Shown here: positions 16,395-25,606 of the stretch, piece by piece
Position numbering within the stretch: the first letter of the stretch is position 1
How the letters are laid out: the number at the start of each line of letters is the position of its first letter
Assembly (NCBI GenBank): GCA_000995415.1
Contig: LCEX01000012.1
Coordinates: 1-58,291 of the forward strand
Reading direction: 5' to 3'
DNA from: Candidatus Gottesmanbacteria bacterium GW2011_GWC1_43_10
GTDB lineage: Bacteria > Patescibacteriota > Microgenomatia > UBA10105
Length of the DNA: 58,291 nucleotides
Notes under the pieces: generated by a model
The model's input: the letters and a program-made list of their open reading frames with translations, nothing else
Told to the model about the DNA's origin: nothing
Database searches by the model: none
Made by a program: the position numbers and the translations under genes

Positions 16395-17147
16395 ATGATG
16401 AAAATGATCAAAGGTCTTGGGATTTTATTGGCGGTTTTAGTATTGTTGATTGTTTTATCAATAGTCTCTGCCAAAAACACTCCGCCTCCACAGATTGTGG
16501 CCAATTTTACCAATTTAGAAAGAATTGAAAAAATCTCCAAGTACCGAAGTTGTGTGGGTCACGTCACTGTTCCTCAAGATCAGCGGGAGACAAAAAGAAA
16601 TATGAAGCACTACTTTTGGGTAAAACCGGAGTATAACAAAACTAGTACTGTTGAGATTTATGCTCCATATGCTGGGTATGTCACAGTCCTTCGGACTGAG
16701 CCGGGGTTAAATCTGGAGGGAGAAATATGGATCACCCCCGACAGAAAAATATTCTCAGTCCTGCCGCCATTTGGGATCTGGAATTTTAGTGTCCAGCATA
16801 TAGACGTGCGAAAGGACTTGAAAATGGGCAGTCAAGTCAAGGCCGGAGAACTGATCGGCTACGCGGCCCTTTCGGAAAAAAGAGGCAACTCTTTTGATAT
16901 TGTTTATGGCAAAATGAGCCTAACCCCCAAAAAAATTGATAACTGGACGGATCCTTTTACGGATTTGGATTCAGTTTTTGATCATATGAGTGACGAGGTT
17001 TTGGCTAAGTATCAAGAGACAGGATTGGATAAAGAAAACATTGTTATCAGTAAAGAAGACAGAGATCAAAACCCGTGTCAGTATCAGGATCAAGGACCCT
17101 ACTTTCTGAATCAAGACGCTCCAGACAATTGGGTAGAACTTTTGTAG
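16395..17147 (+). CDS. hypothetical exported or membrane-anchored protein
   Basis: It has an N-terminal signal/anchor (GLGILLAVLVLLIVLSIVSA). No confident family was found. ..VKAGELIGYA.. is faintly M23/LytM-like. Confidence 0.45.
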   Translation: MMKMIKGLGILLAVLVLLIVLSIVSAKNTPPPQIVANFTNLERIEKISKYRSCVGHVTVPQDQRETKRNMKHYFWVKPEYNKTSTVEIYAPYAGYVTVLRTEPGLNLEGEIWITPDRKIFSVLPPFGIWNFSVQHIDVRKDLKMGSQVKAGELIGYAALSEKRGNSFDIVYGKMSLTPKKIDNWTDPFTDLDSVFDHMSDEVLAKYQETGLDKENIVISKEDRDQNPCQYQDQGPYFLNQDAPDNWVELL

Positions 17148-17246
17148 AACGTTAGAGGCCTTCGGTTTTATTTCCTGCTTTACCTACCTGCATATAAATG
17201 AAGATCCGACATTTTATGAAGAAGAAAAACCTACTCCAAATACCCT

Positions 17247-20200
17247 CTAAGGAGAAGAGGCGGGTTGGGGAGCAGTAGATTCTTGAGGTGCAGTTGACTC
17301 CTGGGGAGCAGTGGATTGCTGAGGTGCAGATGACTCTTGAGGAGCAGTAGAAGAAGTAGGCTGTGGTTCTGTAGTCGAAGACGATGATGGGGGCGGTGAT
17401 GAGGTAGAGGAAGAAGAACTACCGCTATCAGACATGCACCAACCACCATTATCACTCATCCAGTGATAACCTGAAGGACAAGAACCGCTGGTTGAGCCAG
17501 TGGATCCGCTACTGGTTCCACCAGTAGAACTACTTGATTTGCATGAACACGAGCTATAATCATACCAGCTATTAGTGCCACAGCCACTGGATGGTGGTTG
17601 ACAAGAGCTAGAGCCACCATAATAGGTACCACCTGATGAACTACTTGAAGAGCGACAGGAACAAGTTGAGTAGTCATACCAACTATTACTTCCACAGCCG
17701 CCACTTGGTGGATAACACGTACCACTTCCTGAACCAGTATATGAACCACTGCCAGAATATGTTGGATATTGGCAATTACATGTACTACTATTCCAGGTAC
17801 CAGCGCCGCAACCCCAGGATGGAGCAGTGCAACTACCCGGAGTATTGGTCCGACAGCTACAGCTACCCCAGTCAAAGTAAGCTCCGGATCCGCTGCAGCC
17901 GCTACTCGGATAGGTGCAATAAGAACTGCTACTGGAACTGCCGCCATAACTACTACTGCGACAGCTACACGAAGGAGTATCCCAATACTGGTTGTAGCCG
18001 CAGCCGCCACTTGGAGGGGTACAAGATGGACTACCTGAATAATTGGGAGTCGGGATGCAGCCTGAGCCATCCCAATAATATCCAGGTCCACAACTACTTT
18101 GAGTCAGATTTGGCGAATATGGACTCGCGACACATTGGCTACCATTCCAGTTAAAGCCTCCGGGACAAGCTCCGTCACTACAGCGACCAGTGGCTGGATC
18201 ATAAGCCTGGCCACCGCAATTATAACCTCCAGGAGGTGGAGTGTTACTGGTGGACGAGCCACTTGTGTAGGAGGAGTAGTAAGAAGTATACCCGCTTCCT
18301 GGGACATAAGTACCACCATCAGCCATACACCAGCCAGCTTGGTTGCCAGTTGGCGCCATCCAGTGGAAACCAGCCGGACACTGGCCCGGAGCAGTTGGCT
18401 GTGGTCCCGTACCCGGTACCGTACCGGGTGGTGGATTTGTATTATAACCAGTCGGCGCAACTCCATAATAATATGGAGCAGTATAATTGCCCGGAGAACT
18501 ATAAGATCCAGGGCCTTGGTAGCCGACGCTGCCAGGCGGGACTCCGGGAGCTGAATAGTAGGGTGAGTATGGTGTAGATCCCGGACCGCTTCCGGAATAC
18601 GGAGTTTGATATCCACCTGACGAGCCATACGTACCACTATTACTCATACACCAGCCGCCAGAATCATACATCCAGTGATAGCCTTGCGGACACACGCCCG
18701 GGCTGGAAGTCTGCGGACCTTGACCATAAGTCAAACCTCCACTTCCCGGTGAGGCTCCGGGATAACCCACATATGGTTGATAAGGTTGAGGTGTATACGT
18801 TGACGTAAAGCCAGGAGTTCCCGGATAATTATTTGAGTAGTATGAATACACTGGAATTGGTGCTCCAGGTGGTGGACAGGGGGTATTTGAAGCAAATGGT
18901 GGGGAAGGCAAGAAACACGGTCCGGCAGTATCTCTGACTCCCAGGCTATATGACAGACCTTCGATCCGAGCCAAGTCTACCGGGAGTGCCCGGCCAGGAT
19001 TGTTGCGGCGATAATTTTCCACCCGTTCAAAATCAGTCCGCGTGGGTTTGTATTCCTGTTGCAAAGTCGCTACAGCCAGCTGGATATCGCGGCGATTGCC
19101 AAAGTCTTCAATTCTTATAAGATCCGGCCGGATAGTTTGGGCTACATCTTCAATCCTCGTGAGGCGGATATATGGCCGGATCTCGGCTGGAATTTCCTGC
19201 CCAGGCTCATATGTTTTTTGAAATTCATCGAGTTTGGTCGTAATATTTTCATTTTCTTTGATAGTTTCCGTCAGTTTTTCAGTTTGTTTTTTGAGCTGAG
19301 ATGTTTCTTTCAAAGCTGACAATTGCTTAATTTCCAAAAATGCTTGCGGATCAGCTTGTGTCAGACGGATATCAAACAGAGCCAAATCAGGGGACTCGAT
19401 AATCCCCATACCCGTGAGTTTGCCGACAGCGAGTCTAGCCTCCAGTCGGGTATCGGCAGACTCCAGGGCCTGTTTTTGTTCATCAGTCAGGGTCACGTTT
19501 TCGGGAAGATTATCAAGTTTAGCTTGAATTTCTGGGGGGATAGGGGGATCGCCGACCAGATCTGCTGCCCGGTCCAGACCCTGGACAGTGGTCGAGATCG
19601 CCGCGCTTATCGGAGTGGCCGCATCCGTATCAGCCAGTACCTCTGCCCGTTGTAATATCACATTTTGCTCAACCACTTGGTCAGTCAGAAGTTCACCCAA
19701 TTTCTTTTTGCCTTCATCACTTAAATTCACATTTCCACTACCCAGATCGTTGTAGACTTGCTGCATCGTCTCAGTGTAGTCAGACAGAGATGATTTAAAG
19801 CGCTCCGGATTGTCGTTTTTCAGCATGGTATAGGCTTCGGCAAATCTTTCTTTAGCAATAGCCAGTCTGAATTCTTCGCGGGCTTGCGGAGTCAAGGCAA
19901 CAGTTGTTTGGACTGCTTCAATTGCCCGGTCCAGGAAATAAAATGGACTATCAGGATTAACCAGTGTGGGTTGTGGGACTGTCACTTCAGCTACTCCTGT
20001 CGGAGTCGGCACCGGAGTAGGCGCAGGGACACATTGGCCTTCACTCCAACTCCAGTAACTGCCTGGTGTTTGACATTTTGGTTGAGATTCATCTTGATTA
20101 TATGTTCCATCAGCGTTCATAGGCACACATTTGTTTTGCGCGAACGAATAATAAGAATTTGGTTCATCACATTCATATTCACGATAGTTTCTCACCGGTT

Positions 20201-22829
20201 CATTAGTTTCATCCCAGACACAACCTCGGGGTGGGGTATAAGTCGCGCCGACAGGACAAATCTCTCTGCCGATTTCAATATCTCCTGGAGACGGACTCGG
20301 CCATGGAGCAAAGCTTGGAGGGGGACCCCCGGTACCAGCTTGACAATCACTGGTAGACCAGGACCAGGTGTAGCCAGCCGGACAAACCGGTTGGCCATCA
20401 GGATATGGATTGGCTCCTTGCCGATTGGTATCCACACATTGTTTGGCAGCAAATGACCAATATTGACCAGGTCGGCTGCAACGATATTGTTCATAATCAG
20501 ACAAACTTTTACCCGTATCTTCCCAGACACAGCCTTCAAACTGCTTAAACACGGCTCCCACTGGGCAGGCGGTCAAAACTGCATCGTTTCCTCCCGGCGG
20601 AGTGGGCGGTGTCGGCACTGGTTTTATGGTCGCCTCAGGAGTCGTCGTCGCAAGAGGCGAAACAAGCGGAAATTGACCACTGTTTATTGGTCGAGCTTTC
20701 TTTTTTAACCTTTCATACTCTTTGAAAAATTCTTCACTTTGTTCCAGATCATCAGGATCAATTTGAAGCGGATCAATCGTGTTTTCAAGATAGCCTAAAC
20801 GCTCGATATTACTATTATTGGTAGCTTTAAGTGTGGCTGTCTGGGCAAATTCTGCTTGAATGGTGCGCAGTCTTTGGAGTTCCTCGACTTTGCGGATTTC
20901 CACCAATTGGTTGTATTCCTGTGGACTGGTCAAATTTTGCGCCTCGTCAAGTTTTTTGGCATCAGCTGGCGGGAAAGAACCGATCTCCGAGAGTTTGCGG
21001 ATTTTTCCCCGGACTTCAGCGCGACTATCAGCGTTAGTGATGCCTGTTGCTTCTTCTTCTGTGATCAAACCTTGGGCTTTGAGGTCTTGGATCCGGTCCA
21101 CCAGCGGATCAGGTAGTGCCGGCCGACCTAAAGTATCGGCGCTGGTATCCAGCGCGTTTTCCGTGGCCGCGATCATTTTGGCAATAAGTTCTGTTTTGTT
21201 TTCAGGCGGCGGCAAAAAGCCTTTTTCCAAAACTACGTTGTGTCTGCTTGTTTCACTTTCAAGTTTGAGAGCCAAGTCTTCTTTTTGCTCATCATCTCCG
21301 CGGAAATTTTCTACAGATTGACTGACAACGTTTAAGCTACTCTGATAATTATTCAAAGCTGCGATGTAATCATTTTGCCGATCTGGGTTTTGAGCTAATT
21401 GACTCGCTTCCCGGAGCCGTTCTTCACTAAAGCGGATTTCGAGCTCAACCCGTCTAACTGTATTAAAAGTAGTTACCCAAGAAAAAGTTTCACCAAAACG
21501 CTTGAAGAAATAAGTGGCATCTCCTGGTACTGGGCCAGTCACGCTTGATAGATATGGTGCCACAGATGGTGGAGTTGGTGATGGTAGTGGTGGAGGCGTA
21601 GCCACAGGTAGTGGCGATTCTCCTGGGGCTAAACTCGGAAGAGGAGAGGGAGTGAAAGTGGGTGGAGGAGTTGCCAGCGGTGGTGAAGAATACGTGGAAT
21701 TTTCTCCGATTGCTTCTGGGTAAAGTTTAGCAATTTCAGCTAATGTTTCTGGAGGAAAGTGTGTCAAATCTATATTTTTAGCCACGTCCTGGGCGCGTTC
21801 ATAATACAAATAAGGCCGGATTTCACTCGGTGGAGGTGTTCCTGCACCAGCTTTTTTCCAGGAATCTATTTGATTCAAAATATCTGTGGTGGGTTGGGGT
21901 CTTGTTTCATAGCTGCGCAGCTCTATGACAGTGTAATTGGCGGCAATCTGGTCCTGAGCTTCAGGAAACTTTTTATCAACAGATTCATTCATTTTCAAAA
22001 CTTCTGCAGCTGGAAATTCACCGCTGCCAACCAATTTATTTAGTTCTCTTCTGACTTCACTTCGGCTATCATAGGCATAGAGTTTGTTGGCTTCTTCAGG
22101 AGTGAGTAAGCCTTGTTCTTTGAGTGTTTGAATACTTCCCGAGAGTCCATCGGAAATAGGTGGAGCATCGGTCGCATCAGCCAAAGCATCCATTGAGTCT
22201 TCACTTGCAGAGAGGGCATCTTTGAGCGCTTCTGTCATTTTTGGTGGAGATGTAAAACTGAGGTCTTGGAATGCGATATTGTGAGACGCGATATTTGATT
22301 CAACTTGAGACAAAAGATTTAAGGCGGCTGGATCAGCGCTTTTGGCTAAAATCGGCAAGTCTTTGCCTAAATCTTGCATCAGAGTTTCATAATTGTCACC
22401 CGTTACCGAAGCCAGATATGGTTTGTCTTGTGAAACTAATGCTTTGATTTCCGATACACGTTCATCTGCAAAAGACAAACGTAAATTTCCGCGGGCTATC
22501 GGATCAAACGTAAAAGTCAACTGCACATTTTCGGCAAATGTATCAAAAAAAGCAAGTGGATTTCCCGGAAGTACTCCAGCGGTATTAAATGCGGGCATGA
22601 GTTTGGGTGTAGTGATGGGTGGTAAATTTTCAACTGCTGAATACGTCACACCCAAGACCTGTTTATCTGGTCCGTAATATGGACCCCAGTCAAAATAATC
22701 TGCGCGGCTAAACGCAAAAATAGAGGAGGGGAAGACTAGTGCCAACACTAAAAGCGATACGACGATGATAAGATGACGCTTAGTCCGTAAACCAAAAAGG
22801 GCAGACATCATTTGAGAACAAAATTTCAA
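17247..22829 (-). CDS. giant (1860-aa) secreted/surface protein: three DUF5667-like modules, Pro-rich linkers, Cys mini-domain arrays and a S/G/Y/P low-complexity tail
   Basis: A single 5583-nt ORF with an N-terminal anchor (IIVVSLLVLALVFPSSIFA). Internal repeats are read from the translation (see findings). Confidence 0.9.
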   Translation of the reverse strand: MKFCSQMMSALFGLRTKRHLIIVVSLLVLALVFPSSIFAFSRADYFDWGPYYGPDKQVLGVTYSAVENLPPITTPKLMPAFNTAGVLPGNPLAFFDTFAENVQLTFTFDPIARGNLRLSFADERVSEIKALVSQDKPYLASVTGDNYETLMQDLGKDLPILAKSADPAALNLLSQVESNIASHNIAFQDLSFTSPPKMTEALKDALSASEDSMDALADATDAPPISDGLSGSIQTLKEQGLLTPEEANKLYAYDSRSEVRRELNKLVGSGEFPAAEVLKMNESVDKKFPEAQDQIAANYTVIELRSYETRPQPTTDILNQIDSWKKAGAGTPPPSEIRPYLYYERAQDVAKNIDLTHFPPETLAEIAKLYPEAIGENSTYSSPPLATPPPTFTPSPLPSLAPGESPLPVATPPPLPSPTPPSVAPYLSSVTGPVPGDATYFFKRFGETFSWVTTFNTVRRVELEIRFSEERLREASQLAQNPDRQNDYIAALNNYQSSLNVVSQSVENFRGDDEQKEDLALKLESETSRHNVVLEKGFLPPPENKTELIAKMIAATENALDTSADTLGRPALPDPLVDRIQDLKAQGLITEEEATGITNADSRAEVRGKIRKLSEIGSFPPADAKKLDEAQNLTSPQEYNQLVEIRKVEELQRLRTIQAEFAQTATLKATNNSNIERLGYLENTIDPLQIDPDDLEQSEEFFKEYERLKKKARPINSGQFPLVSPLATTTPEATIKPVPTPPTPPGGNDAVLTACPVGAVFKQFEGCVWEDTGKSLSDYEQYRCSRPGQYWSFAAKQCVDTNRQGANPYPDGQPVCPAGYTWSWSTSDCQAGTGGPPPSFAPWPSPSPGDIEIGREICPVGATYTPPRGCVWDETNEPVRNYREYECDEPNSYYSFAQNKCVPMNADGTYNQDESQPKCQTPGSYWSWSEGQCVPAPTPVPTPTGVAEVTVPQPTLVNPDSPFYFLDRAIEAVQTTVALTPQAREEFRLAIAKERFAEAYTMLKNDNPERFKSSLSDYTETMQQVYNDLGSGNVNLSDEGKKKLGELLTDQVVEQNVILQRAEVLADTDAATPISAAISTTVQGLDRAADLVGDPPIPPEIQAKLDNLPENVTLTDEQKQALESADTRLEARLAVGKLTGMGIIESPDLALFDIRLTQADPQAFLEIKQLSALKETSQLKKQTEKLTETIKENENITTKLDEFQKTYEPGQEIPAEIRPYIRLTRIEDVAQTIRPDLIRIEDFGNRRDIQLAVATLQQEYKPTRTDFERVENYRRNNPGRALPVDLARIEGLSYSLGVRDTAGPCFLPSPPFASNTPCPPPGAPIPVYSYYSNNYPGTPGFTSTYTPQPYQPYVGYPGASPGSGGLTYGQGPQTSSPGVCPQGYHWMYDSGGWCMSNSGTYGSSGGYQTPYSGSGPGSTPYSPYYSAPGVPPGSVGYQGPGSYSSPGNYTAPYYYGVAPTGYNTNPPPGTVPGTGPQPTAPGQCPAGFHWMAPTGNQAGWCMADGGTYVPGSGYTSYYSSYTSGSSTSNTPPPGGYNCGGQAYDPATGRCSDGACPGGFNWNGSQCVASPYSPNLTQSSCGPGYYWDGSGCIPTPNYSGSPSCTPPSGGCGYNQYWDTPSCSCRSSSYGGSSSSSSYCTYPSSGCSGSGAYFDWGSCSCRTNTPGSCTAPSWGCGAGTWNSSTCNCQYPTYSGSGSYTGSGSGTCYPPSGGCGSNSWYDYSTCSCRSSSSSSGGTYYGGSSSCQPPSSGCGTNSWYDYSSCSCKSSSSTGGTSSGSTGSTSGSCPSGYHWMSDNGGWCMSDSGSSSSSTSSPPPSSSSTTEPQPTSSTAPQESSAPQQSTAPQESTAPQESTAPQPASSP

Positions 22830-23155
22830 ACTATATTTCTAGGCTAACGGAACAATTGATGGCTTGTCAAATAGATATAGATCTATCCATCTTCGTAGAG
22901 CACCATGGTTTTAGTCATGGGTGAATGAGATAAAATTTGTTGCGGCAGGATGTCCGCCCAACAGGGCGTTTATGTGACCACAGGCTTACAGTATGAAACA
23001 GCTTTCAAACCAAGGCAACACATAGAGCCTTTTGCTGTAATCGCACTGTGTTGGACCAAAACTCTGAAAAAGCCCGTAAAATCATTACGACTGAAGTCTA
23101 TCCACTCCATAAACAATGAAAAAACAGTCCCATTTTTCCAAACACTTCCAGGCTT

Positions 23156-23731
23156 TTAGATATCTAATAGTTTTAAAAATTTCTTAATTTTTTCTTTTCT
23201 GATTCCCATTTCTTGTCCATATTCAAACAAAATATCCTGCTGTTTTTGAGTAATGGTAGTGGCTAACTGGAGTTTCTTCGGATTTAAAATGCTGGGAGAG
23301 ACTTGTTTAATTTCATATAGAAATGCGACCAGATCGCAGATTTTAAGATCTTTTTCAAGATTTTTATCAAAATGTACTTCAAGCGCTTGTAATATATTTT
23401 CTTGGATTTTAGCCAACTGGTTTTTGACCACGCGAGCTTTAAACATCGGTAAAATATCTCCGGTTACTGCCTCATGTAAGTCATGAAGGAGAGCTTGAGT
23501 CGTCAGCCGATCCCGTTTTTCTGGTGAAAAGTGATTGTATTTTGACCAATAAAGGGCAACAAACGCGGTAGCAACTGAATGCCGGCCGACATTCCAGTTT
23601 CCGCCAAACCCCGATACACCAAATGCTCGCGGAATGTTGTAAATATTCATGAGAAAATCAAGATTTGGGTTATGTTCCACATCAGCTAAAAAGCCTTGAG
23701 GCGTAAAAATATCTTCCGAGCGGTATTTCAT
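23156..23731 (-). CDS. HD-domain phosphohydrolase (YfbR-like 5'-nucleotidase type)
   Basis: The metal-binding pattern is GRHSVATAF...LLHDLHEAVTGDI. Confidence 0.7.
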   Translation of the reverse strand: MKYRSEDIFTPQGFLADVEHNPNLDFLMNIYNIPRAFGVSGFGGNWNVGRHSVATAFVALYWSKYNHFSPEKRDRLTTQALLHDLHEAVTGDILPMFKARVVKNQLAKIQENILQALEVHFDKNLEKDLKICDLVAFLYEIKQVSPSILNPKKLQLATTITQKQQDILFEYGQEMGIRKEKIKKFLKLLDI

Positions 23732-23896
23732 AATGATTGAAGTATAATTTCAATCTTACTGAGTGGAATTACGGACATAACTTGGATAGTTTAAATGCAT
23801 TATACTACTTCGGCATACATTGGTTAGTCTAGGTGAAACTGATGCATTTACTGTGTGTTACAATTCACGCTGTAACAAGAACCTATTTAAGGAATT

Positions 23897-24703
23897 ATGA
23901 TTCAAGCAGAGTTATCAATACCTCATCGACAAATTGATTTAGTAACATCCAAACATCGCGAGCAACTCGTGTCCATAATGCGCTATGCCCGGTTCTTGTC
24001 AGGAGAAACGCCAGTAGAGTGGCAAGCGCTTTTGGGTCCGGACGTGATTGGGTTAACTCATCCGGAAGTTGTAGCAGATATAGCGCAGCGATTTGTATCT
24101 TTTAACCAACAACATGGGATTATACTTTCTGCAGAAGAACAAACACTTTTACTCACGACCCCTTGGATACACGACTGGGGAGAAATGGTTATTGAAGGAG
24201 TGGGGATAGGGGATATCACATTTGAACATAAAACTAGCGACCATGAAGCTATGGAGTTGCAAGTGTTCTTAACGGTATTAAATGACATACCAGAAAATGA
24301 AGTTAGGGAGGTGATGCGAAATGTTTATGCAGAAATTGCCAAAAACTGTGTGAGTAAACTTGGGCGGATGTTTAATGCAGTAGAACGGATCGGGTATTTA
24401 GAAACAGCTATACGGGCATTTATTGGAGTTGATGGTAGGCACATCGCAAATTGGCGTGGTTTGGTAGGGAACGTGTTATCGAACCAAATAGAGAAATTAT
24501 TGGAGTACAGAAGAGAATATCCTTACGTTGATGAGGTATTGATACAAACAGATGACACAATAGACAGGATGTTTACAGCTGTTTTAGCAGATGGCGTTCC
24601 GTTAGATAATGCTGGGGAAGTTTCTTACGATTTAACCAAACTCCAAAAAGCTAAGAAAGCTTGGTCAAAAAGAGGTAAGAAGCGTGGTCAAGTGCGAGTG
24701 TAG
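23897..24703 (+). CDS. hypothetical protein, possibly a divergent HD-superfamily member
   Basis: LTHPEVVADIA...PWIHDWGEMVIEGVGIGDITFEHK fits an H...HD..E...GD pattern weakly. Confidence 0.35.
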   Translation: MIQAELSIPHRQIDLVTSKHREQLVSIMRYARFLSGETPVEWQALLGPDVIGLTHPEVVADIAQRFVSFNQQHGIILSAEEQTLLLTTPWIHDWGEMVIEGVGIGDITFEHKTSDHEAMELQVFLTVLNDIPENEVREVMRNVYAEIAKNCVSKLGRMFNAVERIGYLETAIRAFIGVDGRHIANWRGLVGNVLSNQIEKLLEYRREYPYVDEVLIQTDDTIDRMFTAVLADGVPLDNAGEVSYDLTKLQKAKKAWSKRGKKRGQVRV

Positions 24704-24823
24704 TATACAGCCTTTTGATCTCCAACCACCCCTGTCGTAATTCTCCTATATACACCACGTTGGAAAACCAATTTTCGAAATATGCTTGACACCTGGCGGG
24801 GTATATATTACACTGTAATACAT

Positions 24824-25057
24824 ATGAGCACTACTCTTGATCGAAGAATTTTGACTCTCGCTGTCAAACCCGGGCTGGAGCAGGCAATACGGGCCCAGGC
24901 AAAACAAGAAGGAAAAACCACGAGCGAACTTCTGCGGGAAGCAGTACACCAGTATCTTTTGGAAAAGACGCTGGCAAAAATTGAACGGTATGGTGAAAAT
25001 ATCGCCGCTAAGTTGAACTTGGAAACATATGATGACGTGGAACAAATCGGGGGATAA
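24824..25057 (+). CDS. ribbon-helix-helix (CopG-type) antitoxin
   Basis: RILTLAVKPGLEQAIRAQAKQEGKTTSELLREAVHQYL is present. The gene overlaps the downstream PIN gene. Confidence 0.7.
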   Translation: MSTTLDRRILTLAVKPGLEQAIRAQAKQEGKTTSELLREAVHQYLLEKTLAKIERYGENIAAKLNLETYDDVEQIGG

Positions 25058-25463
25058 GCTACGGGTGGTTTTTGACACAAATGTCTTCATCGCCGGCGCC
25101 CTCAAAAGCGGTTTGGTGCGAGAGCTTCTGCATCGGTCAGTGCGGGGAGAACTCAATATACTCACGTCTCAAGAGATATTGCAGGAACTTCAAGAAAAAC
25201 TTTCCGGGAAGTTTCATTGGGACAAGAAACATATTGACGAGTTTCGGGCTTTTCTCCAATCAACCTCTGTAGTCATTTCCGTTATCAGTAAGGTGACTGA
25301 TATCAAAAAAGATCCGGATGACAATAAAGTTCTTACCTGCGCGTTGGACGGAAAAGCACATTTGATCATTTCGTCCGATCGGCACTTGTTAAAACTAAAA
25401 GTATGGCGGGGCATTGCTATTGTTCATCCCAAAACTCTGTCTTGGATGATGCCAAAGCAGTGA
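25029..25463 (+). CDS. PIN-domain toxin (TIGR00305/PIN_3-type)
   Basis: LRVVFDTNVFIAGAL (first acidic residue), ..E.., ..D.. and ..LIISSDRHLL are present. It is paired with the RHH gene. Confidence 0.8.
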   Translation: MMTWNKSGDKLRVVFDTNVFIAGALKSGLVRELLHRSVRGELNILTSQEILQELQEKLSGKFHWDKKHIDEFRAFLQSTSVVISVISKVTDIKKDPDDNKVLTCALDGKAHLIISSDRHLLKLKVWRGIAIVHPKTLSWMMPKQ

Positions 25464-25606
25464 TGAGGTTGGGATCTATGTAACTCCTGATATAATGAGT
25501 CCAATTAAAGTATGGCAGTGCGCACTACTATCCAAATTAGCCATCCTGGGTTAAAGGCTAAAGGTCAAGTGATTACGGACTTTAAGGATCCGAAGTTTAA
25601 AGCTCT

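Noticed and set aside
16265-16540. A 91-aa minus-strand track ORF.
   Set aside because: Its 3' part is an alternative frame over the PadR N-terminal fragment, and its 5' part overlaps the start of the + strand gene at 16395. The translation is low complexity.
17231-22677. About 20 track ORFs of 60-211 aa, on both strands, lie inside the giant gene (for example 17456..18091, 17636..18154, 18104..18637, 19884..20456, 20860..21321).
   Set aside because: All lie within one uninterrupted 5583-nt ORF that has coherent repeat architecture. Their translations are low-complexity shadows typical of alternative frames in a biased-composition gene.
22830-23155. A 325-nt gene-free region upstream of the giant gene was inspected for an RNA gene (SRP RNA, RNase P, tmRNA, 6S). 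The track ORF 22950..23159 lies here.
   Set aside because: None of the conserved motifs I know are present: GGAA/AGCA of the SRP domain IV, GAGGAAAGUCC of RNase P, or a tRNA-like 3' end. The ORF has no family or SD. The region is left unassigned.
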